A DNA stretch of 64,000 nt from Azolla caroliniana (lineage: Eukaryota > Plantae > Polypodiophyta), in contig JBHGNT010000006.1 in the NCBI GenBank assembly GCA_043228905.1, positions 496,001 through 560,000 on the forward strand, given 5' to 3'. Made by a program: the position numbers and the translations under genes. Below are positions 58,943 through 64,000 of this stretch, one piece after another (positions within the stretch are counted from its first letter, which is position 1; every line of letters begins with the position of its first letter). The notes beneath the pieces are model-generated. The model did no database searches. It saw only the letters and a list, made by a program, of their open reading frames with translations, and was not told where the DNA came from.

Positions 58943-60950
58943 TGTTGTGACATACTTCACGAATAGAAATTCTAATTAAAAGAAGAAATGTTTGACTTGA
59001 AGATGGTTTAGTTCTTAGGGGCAAAGGTTTAATTTTCAATGGTATGATGCATCTACATTGAACTCTTGTAAAGTCTATTGAAAGACCAATAGACACAAAA
59101 TTGGATAAGTTTACCATTGGTACTTTGCATGCATGCCATGTGGAAGCATGTGAACTATATGAAAGAGTCTTTTGAGAGGTACATATAGAGTCTCAAGGCA
59201 ATTCTAAGGCATGGGGTGACAGGAAAATAAATCAATGGGGTTTAAGAAGAGATGTAGGCTCTACTATTATAATCTATATTTGAAGTTTTGAATATTCAGG
59301 GTTAGGGTTTCACGACCCTATATTGTACTTACGTATTTATTAATAATTTAAGCAATCCCTTTATTTTCTGAACCTACCTATCTATTTGTTTCTCGCATTT
59401 TATTTAGCTATTTGATCTCTCTATCGCTTATCCTCACTCCAATCCCTCTCAATCTATCTATTTCATTTTCCTTCTTGTTCTCTATGTCTCTCCTACTTCA
59501 TGACTCCAGCAGTTCCAATGCACCAATCATGAACTTTACGACAAAGTGGTAAACTCAATGCGAATGCATCGGCGAGGAGAGATGTTGGGAGCAGCTTTAG
59601 CAAGTTAAAGGCAGTTCAACAGAAAAGGATCATTCAATGCTGACATGGTCAACTTCATGATGACCACGATGGGGTGGATGATGCAGGAGCAAAGTGCTGC
59701 AAACGTATTGGAAAACGAGGTGTCTCTCGCTGTCTAAGCAGTCCTCTAGAAGGATGGACACTTCGACAATGAGTATATCACCAAGTTTATAGAATCTTAC
59801 GAATATGAGATGGTGAGCAAGGGGGCTACTGAGTTGCACATGGTAACCTAGTTCAATACAGTGATCACAATAGTGATGAGGGATAAGGTTCTGGACTTAG
59901 TAGAGTGGGTTCTGGCCAATGCTGCTGTATGAGTTTGCACTACATGATCGAACAAGAATGGGATAGAAGACTTTCTTTCATTGGATCGATAAAGGAGGAT
60001 TGGGATTCTCGGTTACAAAATTGTTGAGAGAGTTTGACAAAAGATTTAACGAACTCTTAGTAAGGGATTGTGAGTTTCTTTATTCAGAGAAGGTGGAGCA
60101 TCGGATTCTGGAAGGAACTTATGATTCTTCTTAAAGACCAGACAAGTGTCACCAAACTAGTATCTGGAAGCATGCTGAATATTCCCGAGAAAGGCGGCTC
60201 GGATGAAGGAAGATTCTGGGACTTCAAGGGCAAAGAGGCAGTTCTAAAAGATCGGGTGTCAGATGCAACTAACTGAGCAAAATGAGGACAAGATAGAAAA
60301 TCTGAAGCATACTTGACAAATTATCGAAGGTATAAAAAAGTTTATAAAGTAAATTTGGTAGACTAGAAAATGGTAAGAATACAGGAAGACAAAAAGCTAG
60401 TGGATTGCAAGGTATGGTGTGGTAGCACCGAGAACCAGAAGAGGGCATGTCAAGGTCACAGAGAAGCCTTAGATAAGATGGCTGGAGTGCAAGGTTTCAA
60501 TACTAGAAAACTGCAAAATCAATTCAGAGCGACCACACATTTATTCATTAGGCTTGCGCTACAGTGGAAACCCCGGGAAAGATTGGCGAGCAATTAGAGC
60601 CATCTGTGGTCCTAGTTGACCACAAGTCCGAGGTAAATATAATATCAACATAATTTTATGCTGTGACAGTGGCTGCTTGAAAACCATCATGGAAGGTCAA
60701 AGTGGCATCATATATAATTGAGGATCTCTATGGGGCAGGTCCAAAGGTCAAAGTAACGGTAGGGGATGTGTCTCTAGAACAAAACAATTTGTTCAGGAAA
60801 AATCTTCCTGCAAGGTGATTCGAGTCCAGCCATACATCACAACAGTCAGGATGGAGATGATAGCGATTGATGATGGCTTGACGTTTGCGACGATCAATAG
60901 TCAAGATGGGAAGCGGTCGGTGCAATTCCTCACAATATTCACACATCTAG
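58943..60950 (+). mobile_element. Old 5' fragment of a family F-like Gypsy (LTR ~58943-59543, gag and protease remnants) in ICDH intron 2
   Basis: TGTTGTGA...TTACGACA then aagtggtaa; protease-like LVDHKSEVNI and PKVKVTVGDV remnants at 60610-60860. Confidence 0.5.
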
Positions 60951-61712
60951 ACTTTATGTTTTGCTCCTTATCATGCGATCAATCATAGAGACTAAAGGTC
61001 TCTCCAAATCTTTCCAGTTAAGTCCCCAAGTTACTACTCTGTAGAGAAGTTTCAGTATGACAAGTGTATCAAATAGCCACAATTTAGTTCTTATCTCTAT
61101 GAACTGTATATGTGTACATTGTCTTTCAAGAGCACCCAGGGCTGCATGTCCACGAGAAAATCGAGCACAGGCAGCCTACGATAAGGTGAACTGAGGCCCT
61201 ATCGTTGTTATTCCTAGGTATGCATAGGATCATGTATATAGCACATTTTCTTCTCCCACGAAGAATTCTGGTTCTGATCTTGTTATTGACACTTGAGTAG
61301 TGTTGAACACCATCAGTTTAGTTTTGTCTAGGTTTATAATACATCTATATCAAGGAAAAATGATTTAAAGACATTTAGATTTTGTAGTGCGTCCAGAGAG
61401 TCTGAGATCAGCGCAATATCATATCAGCATATACTTAATAACTGTATGGCTATACTCGCTAGGTGTACTCCTGAACTGGAAAATCTATCTATGTAATGTG
61501 ATACCTCATCTATATACAGACTGAAAAGAATGGGTGATGGTGGGCATCGTTGTTTTACTCCAATTGTACGAGCCACAGCCTCTGAGATCCCATTCGGATC
61601 ACGGATCCATACAGTGCCTAGATTCCCTATTGCACATCTATTTTTTTCTTACTTAATTTGATCTTTTTTAAATCAAACTTTCTGGTGTTAATCTAGTCAA
61701 ATTGAGAAATTC

Positions 61713-62101
61713 TTAGTCAATAGCAAAAATATTTAGTGAAAAGTGCTGCACGAACCGATCCAATGTCGAAGGCTTTTTGGAAATCCTCTTTTTATGGGCT
61801 CTGCCCTCCGCAATAAGGGCCCAGGTGTCAATATTTGATCCAAAAATGTGAACCCCTTTCAAAAGCCTGCATATCCAGCTGAACGGCAGCCATTGCTCTC
61901 TGTACATACTTTCCATTCTGACTCTAGGATTGAGCCATACAGTTTAGCCAAATAGTGGACAGCCGTGATTGTCCTATAATTGCTTGGAATCATGTGGTAT
62001 GTTCTGTCCAGACATAGTGGAAAAACGTTCACACATAGCTCTATTAAAATGTGCAACAAGAGCAAGGTGTCACGGATATAGGTAAAGTGCTCATCCACCA
62101 A
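61713..62101 (-). mobile_element. LINE reverse transcriptase fragment in ICDH intron 2
   Basis: PSNYRTI..VH.LAKLYGSILE...AGF and ALIAEGRAHKKR match the N-terminal part of non-LTR RTs. Confidence 0.65.
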
Positions 62102-62681
62102 TTCATCATGATCTTGGACCTTTCCAAATTGTAACCAATAATAGCATTTCTTACCTTTTTTGGAGTAAAAAAGGTGGATTCACGTGGGCATGAGCCCTAT
62201 GGGTGGAGGAATGGGCATGCTTTGGGATATCATATAGTACCCTTTGTGAATGCTACAGTTTAGATGAGCTTGGTTGTGTGGTAAAGAGATGTGAATCTAT
62301 AAATATAAGTTGATATGAAAACATTATAACAAGATCACTCATATTTTGAGTATATGTACAAATGAAGTGCAAAGATGTAGGCAAAGATGTGGGAGAAAGT
62401 TTTTAGATGATAAAGCATTCATTGGCTTGATAGATGCTCAAGGTCTCCTGCTTATTTATAAATTATTTGAAAGTGAATCATGTATCTTACTTTCTTTAAG
62501 ATTTCAATCTCCCTTAGAAGCTTTTGATATACTCGAGCTAGAGGTTCAAACGGCTGATTAATGAAATTTTGTTGTCCCATAAGGTAGACATTACATCTAT
62601 TATCCATTTTTTCAACTTTTTCTTTTGCTTGATCTAGATATCTTGATATTAACATTATCAACCCTTTTTATTGGTCCACAG

Positions 62682-62791
62682 CTGATACTTCCTTTCATTG
62701 ATGTTGATCTGAAATATTTTGACCTTGGGATCCTTAATCGAGATGCAACAAATGATTCGGTAACTGTAGAAAGTGCAGAAGCCACATTAAA
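62682..62791 (+). CDS. ICDH: NADP-ICDH exon 3 ([37 protein letters not shown]); gene continues beyond the window
   Basis: cag acceptor, gtaagt donor, in frame with exon 2. Confidence 0.93.
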
Positions 62792-63088
62792 GTAAGTTTG
62801 GACGAGCCTTATCTCATGTTCTTCAATATTTGTGCTTGATCATATGTACAAATTGTCTTTTCTGTGATTATTCATGCCATATATGCTGCAACGATCCAGG
62901 TACTTGAGTCCGTCCATTGTACAGGGTAGAGTGTGACAAATTTGATTCTTTTCCTAACTCTTTACTGTGGGTTTGCACTATCATTATGCCCTGTCACCAC
63001 CACGTAGTTCATGTATCTTTAGGAGTCTAGAGCTTTTATTTTTGTTTCAGTATACATAACTTGAATTGAGCCATATTTGTAATCATGA

Positions 63089-63665
63089 TTAGTAATCAGC
63101 AACAGTATGGTTAAGTTCAGGAGACTCTAAACTCAAATTGTTTAAAAAATTTTAAACTTCAACCAAACCGAAAAACCTTCAGACCAAAACTGTTTAAACT
63201 GACACCATTTAAACCAAACTGTTGGGGGCATTTTCTAGCTCAAACCTAATGATTTAAGAATTCGCCAGTCATTAAGCCGTTAAGCTGCAATGTCACAGTT
63301 TTGAACTGAATTAATGGAAAATGTACACTCAAATTTTCAAGAAAGGTTTTTTTTTTAAAATTCAAAAAGAGAAATAAAACATCAAAGTATTGTTAGGGTT
63401 CCAAGTTAAAACGTCATCATACATATTACATCATTTATAAAGTTGGTTTAAAAATTTAATAAATATTTCTAAAATGTCCTTTCAAACTGTTAAGTTGTTA
63501 AAACGCAGTTTGAAGCTGAATAAAGGACAAAACCCTTAGCCAATAAAGGCTCAAACCGAACTCTTAAAACCCCAAGCCAAGCCAAACCCAACTATTTCAC
63601 ATGTTAAGCCGTTAAGCCACGTTTTCCCATTTTGTGTCAGCTCAAACCAAACCATTGCCCATTTC
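63089..63665. repeat. MITE-like element with degenerate TIRs in ICDH intron 3
   Basis: aatcagcaacagtatggtt versus the reverse complement of the right end, aatgggcaatggtttggtt; aaacc/ttaagcc-rich interior. Confidence 0.45.
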
Positions 63666-64000
63666 ACAATGTTTTCCCATGCACACAATTCATGTTGTCC
63701 AAGGTCAATTTACTCTCTTTCCCCAAAGAAAAAGGGGCTTAGAGAAAAGGAACGAACTTTGGCTGCATTAAAAGAGAGCATTTGCACTTATATAGAGATT
63801 TATCTATATCTTGGAGGCACTTTTCCAATGTAGAAGATAGCTAGGGTTTTGGGTGGAGTTGTGCCGCTTCCTAATCATGATTTGTCTCATAGGCTGATTA
63901 TTGCCTCTGGTAGACATTTAACTGTGCTTATTTGATACACTTGTCACTTCACATCTTTTCTATGGAGTAGAAACGTGGGAACCAAGTCTTAACAAGGCAA

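Overview
Eukaryotic plant nuclear DNA, probably from a non-seed land plant such as a fern or lycophyte. The organism is inferred from TE lineages and SSR richness and is not proven. About 60-65% of the window is nested, degenerate LTR retrotransposons (Copia and Gypsy, many solo LTRs with readable TSDs) in two blocks, 1-11315 and 24068-52371. Host genes are an intronless GH17 beta-1,3-glucanase with X8 domain and GPI tail (12622-14196,+), a DMP/DUF679 membrane protein (16155-16787,+), a CC-type (ROXY-like) glutaredoxin (19839-20444,-), and exons 1-3 of an organellar-type NADP-isocitrate dehydrogenase (from 56130,+, running off the window). The most unusual signals are: (i) a foldback-like structure whose inverted arms are tandem tRNA-like Pol III (A/B box) units; (ii) tRNA-like A/B boxes in antisense inside U3 of three Gypsy LTRs; (iii) a Tf1-style self-priming signature; (iv) an RT-less Gypsy with a ~990-codon extra coiled-coil ORF and no recognisable PPT; (v) a solo LTR with a 104-bp fold-back. 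All calls were made by eye; no searches were run.
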